From assembly GCA_963845755.1 (NCBI GenBank), contig CAWJTV010000025.1:266745-330744 (forward strand): 64,000 nucleotides of DNA, given 5' to 3'. Position numbers and translations under genes: made by a program. This stretch comes from an uncultured Planctomycetota bacterium. GTDB lineage: Bacteria > Planctomycetota > Planctomycetia > Isosphaerales > Isosphaeraceae. How positions within the stretch are numbered: position 1 is the stretch's first letter; every line of letters starts with the position of its first letter. Of this stretch, positions 10,022 to 20,597 are shown piece by piece. Below the pieces are notes generated by a model, which saw only the letters and a list, made by a program, of their open reading frames with translations, was not told the origin of the DNA and made no database searches.

Positions 10022-13000
10022 GCGACGGATCGGCGCCGGCGCCGGAAGACGATCTCCTGGGGCCAATTCTCGAGTCATTCGTGCATCGGTTCCGTCGCGG
10101 CGAGCGGCCGTCGCTGACCGAGCTCATCACTCGACACCCCGAGCTGGCCGCGCAGATCCGCGAGCTGGTCCCGGCGCTGGTTGATCTGGAGCAACTCGCG
10201 GGCTCGTCCCACGGCCCGGTTGGGTCCGCAAGGCCTCGGCCAGCCTCGGCCATCACCCGGGATGAGGGCCCTACGCCCGAGCAGTTGGGCGACTATCGCA
10301 TCCTCCGCCGGATCGGCGGCGGCGGGATGGGCGTGGTTTATGAGGCCGAGCACGAGGCGCTCGAGCGCAGTGTGGCGCTGAAGGTCATGCTCCCGCGTTT
10401 GCGGGACGATCCGAGATACTTGCGGCGGTTCCACACCGAGGCCAGCCTGACGGCGGGGCTGCACCACACGAACATCGTCGGTGTCTTCGACTACGGCGAG
10501 CAGGACGGTGTCTGCTATTACGCGATGCAGTTGATCCAGGGGCAACCCCTGGACTGCGTCCTGGCCGACATCCGTCTCCTGCGCGAGAGCCAGAGGCAAG
10601 GCGATCATCAGAGCGGCTCCGATCGGCTTCCGAACATCCCGGCGGCGGACGCATCGATCGCCGGCTCGGCCGCCGCTCGAGGGCTCTTGAGCGGCCGCTT
10701 CGACGTGGCCATGACGAGCGACGAGGCCGTGGCCGTCACGCTCCCGATCGGAGTCGGCGACCCGGACGGTCCGGGATCCTCGGGAACGGGTGCGGAGGCG
10801 ACTGCGGACGTGCCGGCGGATCGGCCGTCGTCGCTCGGTTCGTCGACGCTGGGCCCCTCTGGTGAGCTGCGCTACTACCGCGAGGTCGCGCGGATTGGTG
10901 CCCAGGTCGCCGACGCCCTGGAATACGCCCACCGACGCCGTATCATCCATCGCGACATCAAGCCGTCGAACCTGCTGCTCGACGCCCAGGGCAACGTGTG
11001 GGTGACCGACTTCGGCCTGTCGCGGCTGACGGATAACGCCGACCTGACCCAGTCGCGCGAGTTGGTCGGGACGCTCCGCTACATGGCGCCGAGCGGCTCC
11101 GTGGGAAGTCGGACCGCCGCAGCGACGTGTATTCCCTGGGGGCGACCCTGTACGAGATGGTGGCCTTGCGTCCACCTTTCGAAGAAGCCGACGAGATCCG
11201 GCTGATGGAGCGCATCCGGAACGACGCGCCGATGACGCCGCGCCAGTTCGACCAGAAGCTCCCGCGCGACCTGGAGACCATCCTCTTCAAGACACTGGCC
11301 AAGGACCCGAAGGACCGATTCAGCTCGGCAGCGGCCCTGGCCGACGAGCTGCGGCGGTTCATCGACGGGCGGCCAATCCGGTCGCGGCCGGTGTCGGTTC
11401 CCGAGCAGTTCTGGCGCTGGTGCAAGCGCGACCCCTGGCTGGCTGGTGCGAGCATTTCCGCCGCGGCGGTGACGATCATTCTGGCCGTCGTATCGATGGC
11501 CGCGGCGATCATCTATCGCGACCAGGCCGAGGCGCTACGGGTGGAGCGGAACCGCTCGGACGTGGCCCTGCTGGATGCCAGCCGACGGGCCGTCGATGCC
11601 TACACGGCGCAGGCGCGAGGCGGCCGGCTCAGCCACCGCCCCGGGCAGCGCTTCGAGACCCTCGAGGCGGTGAAGCAGGCCGCCAGGCTGCTCGACGGCC
11701 TTCCGCTCGGGCCGGATACTGCCTCCCGGCGCGACGAGCTTCGCGAGCTGGCGATTGCCGCGATGGCCTTGCCCGACCTCCAGCCGACCGGCCGGGTCAT
11801 CGCGCGGCCATCGGGCGTGATCGCGACGGCGTTCGATTCCGGGATGTCCCGCTACGCGCTGCGGTTCCGCGATGGGCGGATCTTGGTCCGACGCGTGGCC
11901 GATGACCAGGAGATCGCCTCGTTCCAGGCCCGGGGCGATCGCGACGTCTGGATCTTCGGTTTCAACCCCGACGGCCGCTATCTGGCGACCAACCATCCCC
12001 CCGACGGGGCGCTGACGGTCTGGGATGTCAACCGGCGCGTCGCCGTTGTGGACGACCCGGGCCCCATCAGCCTGGCGGCGCGATTCAGCCCGGACGGTCG
12101 TTCGCTCGCGGTGGCCCGACGTGGAGAGCTTGTTGTTTACGACCTGGCGACCGGCCGGCCCAGCCGGCGCTGGCCCGGAAATGTCGACTGCCTGGCCTTC
12201 CGTCCGGACGGGACCCAGATCGCGGTCATCGACGACGTGGCAAAGCCCCCGACCTGGCGGATCCTGGACGCCAACTCGGGCCGGGAGGTCCGGGCGTTCC
12301 CCTTGCGGGTCTTCGCCGACGATGTCGTCTGGAACCCCGCAGGCACCATGCTGGCCACGACGACGCGCATTCAGGAGCACAAGATCGACCTGTGGGATGT
12401 CGTGACCGGAAACCGCAGGGCCACTCTGGGAGGTCATACGAATCTCGGCTTGCGCGCGTCCTTTCACCCGGCTGGTACGCTGCTGGCCAGCAATGGCTTT
12501 GAAGGTCGTCTCCGGCTGTGGGATCCGATCCTGGGCCGGCCCCTGCTCGACGTGACGAGCGGATCCGGGCCCGAGTTCAGTGCGGACGGAAGGATCGTCG
12601 TCTCGAACGACGACAAGCTGATTATCCATGAAGTCGACCCCGCCCGGGAGTATCGGACATTCGCCTATCCCCTCGCGAAGCGAACCGGTTATGCCGACCC
12701 GTCCGTCCGATCTGACGGCCGGCTGCTCGCGGTCGGGACCGATGCCGGCGTGTTACTCTGGGACCTGGCCCGCGGCACCGAACTCGCCTGGATGCCGATC
12801 CAGGTCGCCTGGCACGTGATGTTCGAGGAGTCGGGCGACCTGATCACGAGCGGCCCGCTGGGTGTGAATCGCTGGCCGATCCAGCTCGACGCCGGCCGCG
12901 GCGAGGTCCGCATCGGCCCGCCGCGTCAGCTCCCGCTGCCGGGGTTGAATTGCGGCATAGGCGAGGACCGGTCGGGTCGGATCGTGGCCAAGTCCGACCA

Positions 13001-14436
13001 TGATTATGCTTACGTGACCACTCCTGAGGGGACGAAGCGTTTGAGTTCTCTGAACGACTGCCGTTCTGTCGCCGTCAGCCCGGACGGGCAATGGCTGGCG
13101 ACCGGGACTCACATCGCGAGTCACGGGGCCCAGGTTTGGCGCATCGCTGACCTCACCAAAGTCGCCGACCTGCCCATCGATTACGGTACGGTGGTCTACT
13201 TCAGCCCCGATGGCAAATCGCTGATGACCACGGCTTCTCCCTGCCGGCTCTGGGACGTTGGCACCTGGCGCGAGGTGAGACGAATCGGTGACACTGCCGG
13301 CTGCTTCTCCCCCGACGGCCGGCTGGTGGTTGTCCAGGAAGCGAACAAAATGATCCGCCTGGTGGAAACGGAGACCGGTCGCACGCTGGCGCGGCTCGAG
13401 AGCCCCGACCTCTGCCCCATCCAGCCGACCTTCAGCCCGGACGGATCACGGCTGGTGGCGATCACGAACGACGGCCCGGCCGTGCACGTGTGGGACCTGC
13501 GGGCCATCCGGAAGCAACTGGCCGGGATGGGCCTCGATTGGGACGCGCCCGCCTATTCCGGCGACGACCCGTCCGACCCATCGGCACGGCCGTTAACCTC
13601 GGTGCAAGTTCGCTATGAGGGAGACGGGATCGCCGAGGGAGACGCCCTGGCCCGCGAGGGTCGATGGAACGAGGCAGCCGCCGCCTATGCCCGGGCCTTC
13701 GACGAGGGGGTCCTGGACCAGGCGGAGGCGCTGGTCCGAACAGGCGTTCCTTCGCCTGGCGGTGGGCGACGCCGCGGGATATGGTCGGAGCTGCCGGCGT
13801 ATCCTCGATCGGTTCAGGATCCTGAAGAGATTTGAACCGGCCGGGCACGAGGATCCGGCTTACGTGATCAACTGGCATTGCTACACGGCATACACGCTAG
13901 CCGTGGCCCCAGGTAGCCCGGCCGACGCGGCGCAGGTCTTGCGAATCGCCAAGGGGTGGGTCGAAGTCTCGCACTCGGCTTGGTCCGAGCAGGTGTTCGG
14001 GCTGGCCCTCTACCGTGCCGGACGGTTCGCCGAGGCTGAGACGTGGCTTCGGAGCTTCCTCGACCGTCATCCCTTACGGGATTACCACGTCTTCGACTGG
14101 CTGGTCCTGGCCATGGCCGATCAGCGGCTGGGGCGACCGGACGAAGCCCGACGCTGGCTGGAGCAAGCCGAGACCTGGGCCGCATCTCGACGGCGCGGCC
14201 GGCCCGGAGGTTCCGATCGGGCAACCCCCGAAAACTGGCACTGGACCGACGGAGTGTTGTTACACCTGCTGCTCCGCGAAGCCCGCGCCCTGGTCGGTAC
14301 GGAGCTGCCAGTGCTGCCCGGGGACGTCTTCGCGCCCGCGCCTCGAGCGCCTGTTCCGAAAGCCCGAAGGGACGACAGAAACCCTGGGGATCCGAGAGAT
14401 TTTGTCGCCCTTCCGGGGCTCGCAGGACGGTCGTGA
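10018..14436 (+). CDS. Ser/Thr protein kinase with TM, WD40 repeats and C-terminal TPR (frame breaks near 11095 and 13735)
   Basis: IGGGGMGVVY, VALK, HRDIKPSN, DFGL, GTLRYMAP, then DVYSLG in the next frame; repeated FSPDG/WD motifs; GLALYRAGRFAEA TPR. Confidence 0.85.
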
Positions 14437-14500
14437 CGGCCTCGGCCGAGATCCTGGGGCTCACGCCCCAGGCCACGTCCTGACGCCCTTCCAGGGCTGT
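14361..14500. repeat. REP-like composite palindromic repeat (GCCCGAAGGG...GTCGCCCTTCCGGGGC; CCTGGGGCTCACGCCCCAGG)
   Basis: Nested inverted repeats between convergent genes; related unit at 60467-60592. Confidence 0.6.
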
Positions 14501-14585
14501 CCGGATAGCCTCTGGTTGTGCACAACTCAACCGTGACGCGCTCTAGCGAGATCGAGACCACCATCTGAAGATGAGCCAGGACCGA

Positions 14586-15706
14586 TCAGGGCCGCTCCTG
14601 GGCGGTGGACGTGGAAGCGCCCCGCAGGTTCTTGATCCGCCAGGCATGGGGGCCCTGGAGCACCGAAGCGGCTTCGGCCGGCGGTGAGGGTGCGGCGGGT
14701 TCGCCATCCCATCGGTGGCTTTCGAGGCTCCGGAGGACCTGGTCGGCCAGGCGCATGGCGCGGAGGGCATCGTCACCGCTGACGCGCGGGAGAGCCTGGC
14801 GCCGGGCCGCGGCGACGAAGTTCTCCAGTTCCAGGGTTAGCTGGTCGGCCGAATCGGACGGGACCTGATCGACGCGGAGGATCTTGCCGAAGAGGTGATC
14901 CTTGATCGCGGACGGCTGGCTCAGGTCGACGCCGTCGAGGTCGATGCGGCCGTCCCGCAGTTGTTCGGAGGGACGGACGAGCGTCGCCTGTTTCGCGGCG
15001 AAGTCGAGCGAGGCGTATCCTTCCGCGCCCAGATCCGCATCTTCCGCATGGCCGCGTAGCTGGCCCGGCTGGCCGTCAGGTTGGCCACGCTGCCATCCTC
15101 GAACTCGATCCGCGCGTTGGCCACGTCCTCGCGCTCGCCGAAGAGGCTCAGGCCCACCGCCGCGACCGACCGCACCGGCGCGGCGATCATCGACAGCAGC
15201 AAGTCGAGATCGTGGATCATCAGGTCCAGGACGACGCCGATATCCGTCGAGCGGAACGTGTAGGTCGAGAGCCGTTCGGCGGCAATGTATTTGGGACGGA
15301 TCGGCATCTGGTCCAGGGCGCGGAGGGCCGGGTTGAAGCGTTCGATGTGGCCCACTTGCAGCACGGCGCCCCGGGCTCGTGCCAGGGTCGTGAGCTGCTC
15401 CGCCTCGGCCAGGCTGCCGGCGATCGGCTTCTCGATCAGCGTGGCGATCCCCCGCGCCAGGAAAACGCCGGCCACCTCGCGATGCATGACCGTCGGCACG
15501 GCGACGGTGACTGCGTCGACGATGTCCAGGAGTCGCCGGTAGTCGTGCAGGGCCGTCGTGGCGCACCTCGCGGCCACTTCGGCCGCTCGATCGCCATCCG
15601 CGTCCGCCACACCGATCAGCTCGACGCCGGGGAGCTTGGCGAGGATCCGGGCGTGATGCTGGCCCAGGTGACCCACGCCCACGACGCCCACTCGCAACCG
15701 CGTCAT
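14586..15706 (-). CDS. Gfo/Idh/MocA oxidoreductase, GnnA-like (putative UDP-GlcNAc 3-dehydrogenase); frame break near 15030
   Basis: GVGHLGQHHAR, EKPIA, QVGHIERFNPA, VVLDLMIHDLD; overlaps the lpxA stop. Confidence 0.8.
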
Positions 15707-16510
15707 GCCGCCCTCCAGCGTTCCCGTGCCCGGCCATGCTGGCCGTGGTGCTGGGCCTCGATGAAATCCAGGAGACTCTTCACCTCCTCAAAAAGATGAT
15801 CGCGAGACTCGAGGAGCTCCCGGGCGTGAACGGACGTCATCTTGGATCGGTAGATCAGGCGATGGGCCTCGTGCAGCGCCGAGATCGCTTCGGCCGAGAG
15901 GCCATGGCGCTTCAGGCCGACTACGTTGATGCAGCGGACCTTCGAGGGATTGCCGTCCACGATCATGAAGCGGGGCACATCATGATAGATCCGCGAGAGG
16001 CCGCCCACATAGCAGTAGGCGCCGATCGTCACGAAGGGATGAACGCCCACCCCGCCCGAGATCGTGACATACGACTCGACGTGGGAGTGTCCGCCCAGGA
16101 TCGTGTTGTTGGCGATGATGACGCGGTCGCCGATCAGGCAGTCGTGGGCCACGTGGACATTGACCATCAGGAGGTTGTTCGAGCCGATCTGCGTGATGCC
16201 TTGTTCTTTCTCGCTGCCGCGGTGGATGGTGACCGCCTCGCGGATCACGTTGCGGTCGCCGATCTCGACGCGGGTCGAGGTGCCGCGGTAGGAGACGTCC
16301 TGGGGCTCGCCGCCGATGACGGCGAAGGGATGGATCACGTTCTCCTCGCCGAGCGTGGTCTGGCCGTCGATACAGGCATGGGCGATCAGGCGGGTCCCTC
16401 GGCCGATCGTCACGTCCGGGCCGATCACACAATAGGGCCCGACCTCCACGTCATCGCCGAGCTCGGCGCGAGGGTCGAACGCAAGCCGTATCGGCAATCA
16501 AGGTGGCCAT
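15703..16510 (-). CDS. lpxA: Acyl-ACP--UDP-N-acetylglucosamine O-acyltransferase (frame break near 16478)
   Basis: Hexapeptide repeats, GGEPQD, IREAVTIHRG, HVAHDC, INVVGLKR; probable true start MATLIADTA at 16510. Confidence 0.92.
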
Positions 16511-16536
16511 GATCGCAGGTTCCTCCGGATCAGACT

Positions 16537-16572
16537 TTGGGATTTGGGATTTGGGACTTGGGATCTGGGATT
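16537..16572. repeat. Heptamer tandem repeat (TTGGGAT)n
   Basis: tttgggatttgggatttgggacttgggatctgggatt between lpxC-fabZ and lpxA. Confidence 0.85.
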
Positions 16573-16629
16573 GGTCAATCCTCAATCGAAGGTCCGGGAA
16601 GCGGACACGGCTCCCGCACCACGGGACGG

Positions 16630-18003
16630 CTACGCGCTGACGGCGGCCTGTCGGGCCATCCCGCCGGGCATCCGTCCGTCCTCAATCATGACAAATCGCA
16701 CGCGAGCCTCGGCGGCCAGGGTGTCGCCGACCCTGGCCCGCCCCACGACCACGGCGGCGGTCTCCTTGATCCGTTGCACGAGGATCTCCAGCCGAAGCTG
16801 ATCGCCGGGGACGACGGGCCGGCGGAACTTCACCCCGTCGATCGAGGCGATCAAGGCGAGGCGACCGGCCCGAGGGACACTCGCGGCGATCAGGACCCCG
16901 GCCGCCTGGGCCAGGGCCTCGATCATCAGCACTCCTGGCATGATCGGCATTCCCGGCCAGTGACCGTGAAAGAACGGTTCGTTGATGCTCACGTTCTTGA
17001 TGCCGACCAACCGTCGTCCGGGGATGAGGTCGAGCACGCGATCGATCAGCAAGAAGGGGTAGCGGTGGGGCAGCAAGCTCATGATCCCCGCGATGTCGAT
17101 CGTGCCATCCTCCTTCAGGGGCAGCGGCTCGACCTCGGCGGTTCCCGTACGAGCGGCCCACTGAAGCAGCCGGCGCACCAGGGAGGCGTTGGTCTGATGC
17201 CCCGAGCGGTACGCCACCACGAACCCGTGGAGGTCGAGGCCGATGAGAGCCAGGTCCCCGACCAGATCCAGGACCTTGTGCCGCGCGCACTCGTCGGGGT
17301 ATCGCAGCGCGTTGCCGACGACGCCGTCGCGGCCGAAGAGCAACAGGTCCGCCTCGGTGGTCCGGACCCCGATGCCGGCGGCGCGGAGCGCGTGGGCCTC
17401 GGTCTCCAGGAGGAAGGTCCGGCTTGTCGCCAGTTCGGAGCGGAAGGAGTCGGGCGAGAGCCCCACGCAGAAGCTCTGGGCGGGGATCGGCGCCTCGCGG
17501 CCATAGTCGAGGTGGTAAGAGAGCGTCAGGCCGTCGGACGGGCCCGGGGGATGGATCGCGAGCACGGCATCCCCCTCGCGGATGCTGATCGGCTCCTCGA
17601 CCCGGAGCATCGGCCGCTCCTGGTCCTGCTCGACGATCCCAGCCCGGTCCAGCGCCTCGACGAAGGCACGACTCGAGCCGTCGCAGCCGGGGCACTCACC
17701 GGCATCGATCTCGACGATCGCATTGTCGATCTGGAGGCCGGCGAGCGCGGCCATCACATGCTCGATCATCTCCACGCTCGCGGCGCCGCGCCGGATCGTG
17801 GTACGCCGCTGCGATGGGACGACCGCGCCGACGTGCGCGGGGATCGTGGGCCGGCCGGGCAGGTCGGCGCGACGGAACACGATCCCGGTGTCGCACTCCG
17901 CCGGCAGGAAGCGGAGCGTAACGTTAACGCCATGGAAGAATCCGACTCCACACACCTCGGCAGCGCGGACGATCGTGCGCTGCCGGCGGGTACCTCTGAG
18001 CAT
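16630..18003 (-). CDS. lpxC/fabZ: Bifunctional LpxC deacetylase / FabZ dehydratase
   Basis: RQRTI, IEHVMAAL, ARHKVLDLVGDLAL, SGHQTN (LpxC); LPHRYPFLLIDRV, EPFFHGHWP..PIMPGVLMIEALAQ (FabZ). Confidence 0.93.
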   Translation of the reverse strand: MLRGTRRQRTIVRAAEVCGVGFFHGVNVTLRFLPAECDTGIVFRRADLPGRPTIPAHVGAVVPSQRRTTIRRGAASVEMIEHVMAALAGLQIDNAIVEIDAGECPGCDGSSRAFVEALDRAGIVEQDQERPMLRVEEPISIREGDAVLAIHPPGPSDGLTLSYHLDYGREAPIPAQSFCVGLSPDSFRSELATSRTFLLETEAHALRAAGIGVRTTEADLLLFGRDGVVGNALRYPDECARHKVLDLVGDLALIGLDLHGFVVAYRSGHQTNASLVRRLLQWAARTGTAEVEPLPLKEDGTIDIAGIMSLLPHRYPFLLIDRVLDLIPGRRLVGIKNVSINEPFFHGHWPGMPIMPGVLMIEALAQAAGVLIAASVPRAGRLALIASIDGVKFRRPVVPGDQLRLEILVQRIKETAAVVVGRARVGDTLAAEARVRFVMIEDGRMPGGMARQAAVSA

Positions 18004-18059
18004 TCCCTGCCCCTTCAACTCGCCCTCGAACGATCCCGGGCCGGCGGCGCCCGATGGGC

Positions 18060-18249
18060 TCGAGCGCTTAACGGTTGGCTTGCACACGCTCAGAGTCCTC
18101 GACCGAAGCCCCCCCCTAACCCCCCCTTCGTAAGGGGGGAAAGGAAACGGGCCATTCCGCCTCAATTTCCCCCCTTACGAAGGGGGGGTTAGGGGGGTGG
18201 ATTTGCATCGGCCCCGTGGCGTGCGCGACGCAAGCGCTCGGCGGCTCTA
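18060..18249. mobile_element. MITE-like element copy 2 (arms in opposite orientation to copy 1)
   Basis: Arms align to the reverse complement of 601-795; same internal CCCCCCTTCGTAAGGGGGG / CCCCCCTTACGAAGGGGGG palindromes. Confidence 0.7.
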
Positions 18250-18407
18250 GACGGCCTGGCGCCGACTACCGGCCCAGGCCCAGCCCCGACGCGCCAGCCC
18301 GACGTTACGGTAGAATGCGCCCCTCCCGCTCGGTCCCGGTCTCCATACCGTGGACGGACCGGCGGGAGGAGACTTCGATCTCCGAGTCTTCGCCGTATGA
18401 GGCGGGA

Positions 18408-19151
18408 TCAATTCTGTCCGGGCTGGACCGCGCCGGCCGACGAAGGACGAGGAGTCGCGGACTTCGCCGCCGGATCGGGATTCTTCGTGGCCTTGTACCA
18501 TTGATTGAGGTACATCAACACATCTTTGGTGATGTCGTTGCGGGCATCGGAGTAGAGCACCGGCTCGGCGAGCGACATCATGACGGAATTGGGTTCGGTT
18601 CCCGAGGGCGATTTCGTCGAGACTTTCAGGACATAGTTGAGCTTTCGCCACCGGGCGACTCGCGCCACCATGCCCTGGACTTCCTTGTACGCCGTGGCGA
18701 AGATCTCGGCCTGCCGCAACGTGAATTCGCGCTCCGCTTGCTCGCGACCCGCTTCCATCTTCGCCTTCAGCTCGGTCATGCTATCTTCGATCTTCTTGAA
18801 GTCGGTGGACCCGGGCGTGAACTTCTGGAGCATCACCCCTTTATCGCGGAACTCGGACTCGTATTTCATCAATTCGCCCTGCCGCACCTTGACCGCGGCG
18901 CGCAGCTCCTGCTGCTGGTCTTTCATCTTGTCGTAGCTGTTCAGCACCGTTTCGAGGTCGATCGTCCCGACAACCGGCGGGATCGGGGCCGGCGGTCCCG
19001 TGGTCGCGGTGCCGTTCCCATTCGATGCCGCCCGGACTCCGGTGTCGGCTTTCTGCGGTTGCTGCGCCTGGATGCGCGACGGCATGACGAAGTAGGCGAT
19101 TCCCGCCAGGCTCAGCCCGATGGCCAAGATCCCACGAGGCGAAAGACCCAT
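18408..19151 (-). CDS. skp: OmpH/Skp family periplasmic chaperone
   Basis: Signal/anchor, VGTIDLETVL, coiled coil, LNYVLK, VLYSDARNDITKDV; lies upstream of lpxC. Confidence 0.8.
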   Translation of the reverse strand: MGLSPRGILAIGLSLAGIAYFVMPSRIQAQQPQKADTGVRAASNGNGTATTGPPAPIPPVVGTIDLETVLNSYDKMKDQQQELRAAVKVRQGELMKYESEFRDKGVMLQKFTPGSTDFKKIEDSMTELKAKMEAGREQAEREFTLRQAEIFATAYKEVQGMVARVARWRKLNYVLKVSTKSPSGTEPNSVMMSLAEPVLYSDARNDITKDVLMYLNQWYKATKNPDPAAKSATPRPSSAGAVQPGQN

Positions 19152-19382
19152 CGGTACAACTCCTTTTCTACCGTGGTGATGCGTTTCGAGGCGACGCCGT
19201 CCCTGGGCAATCCCTCCGGTCCCTTGACCAGCGTGTCCCTGGCCGGACGGAAACTCGCGGCATTCTGCGCGGAAGCCGAATCGGGGTCAAGCCGAACCCC
19301 GCGAGTTTGCACGTCGATCGCGTCCATCCCTCCCGCTGCTGGGTCCGACCACGGGCGGTACTGGACATAAGAGCCCTGTGGA

Positions 19383-20463
19383 TCACAGATAGGGCTCGTG
19401 CCCGGCGTCCGTCAACGCCTCGACCAGGGCCTTCAGCTTGTCGAGCTGATCCTTCCTCGCCACGAGCGTCGCCCTCCCCGAATGGACGACGACCAGATCG
19501 TTGACGCCGAGGGTCGCCACCAGGCCGCCGTCCTCCGAGATGATGATCGAATTGGTCGTGTCGCGGGCCACGACATGCCCCTGGATGGCGTTGCCGGCGG
19601 CGTCTCGCTCGAGGAGCGTGGCCAGCGCGCGCGAGTCGCCGACGTCATTCCAGCGATACGGGACCTCGAGCACGCGGACGTTGGGCGGCGTGCTCCATGA
19701 CGGCTTTGTCGATCGGGACGCGCTCCAGGCGGTGGAAATGCTGGGCCAGGGCGTGCGCCTCGTCGGGTGTGCCCAGGGCATCCAGGATCGGCTCGAGGGC
19801 TGCGGCGAGTCTCGGTCGGTGGGCCTGGAGCTCATGCAAGATGGTCCGTGCTCGCCAGACGAAGATCCCCGAATTCCAGAGGAACGTACCGGCGGCCAGG
19901 AACTGTTCGGCGGTGGCTCGGTCGGGCTTTTCGCGGAACTGGATCACGCGGTAGATGGGGATACCGTGGCAATGCTTGAGCAGCGGTCCGCGCTCGATGT
20001 AGCCGTAGCCGGTCTCGGGATGGGTGGGCGAGATGCCGAAGGTCACCAGGACGCTGGGATCCTCGTCGATGACCGAGACCGCGGCGTGCAGGGTGGTCCG
20101 GAAGGCATCGACGGGCTCGATGACGTGGTCGGCCGGCATGACGATCATGGTGCCATCGGGATCCCGGCTGGCCACAATCCCCGCCGCCAGTCCCACGCAC
20201 GGGGCCGTATCGCGAGGGCAGGGCTCGGCGACCACATTCCCGGCCGGCAGGTCGGGGAGCTGGGCCCGCGTGGCCTCGGCCTGGTCCGCGCCGGTGATGA
20301 CCACGACGCGTTCCGGAGGAACCAGGTGCTCGACCCGGGCCACCGTCTGCTGGAGCATCGTCGACTCGCCCGCCAGGCGGAGCAATTGCTTCGGCCGGTC
20401 GCGCCGGCTCTTCGGCCAGAACCGGGTCCCGCTGCCACCGGCCATGATGATCGCGTGTAACAT
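19383..20463 (-). CDS. manC: Mannose-1-phosphate guanylyltransferase (frame break near 19688)
   Basis: IMAGGSGTRFWPKSR..PKQLL, EP..RDTAP, PADH, ETGYGYI, FREKP, WNSGIF, WNDVG. Confidence 0.9.
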
Positions 20464-20478
20464 CGAGCTCCTCGCAAT

Positions 20479-20510
20479 GGAAGGATGAAGGATGAAGGAT
20501 GAAGGATGAG
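20479..20510. repeat. Heptamer tandem repeat (GAAGGAT)n
   Basis: gaaggatgaaggatgaaggatgaaggatgag upstream of manC. Confidence 0.85.
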
Positions 20511-20597
20511 TCAGACCGGATTGGTTGAGCCTTCAACCTTCCAGCCGCCATCCGGTCTTCGTCCAGCCTCCCCCACAAGGTGGGAAGGGAGAGCGGT

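Noticed and set aside
16630..18003. LpxC-FabZ fusion as a novelty
   Set aside because: This fusion is already known, for example in Bacteroidota
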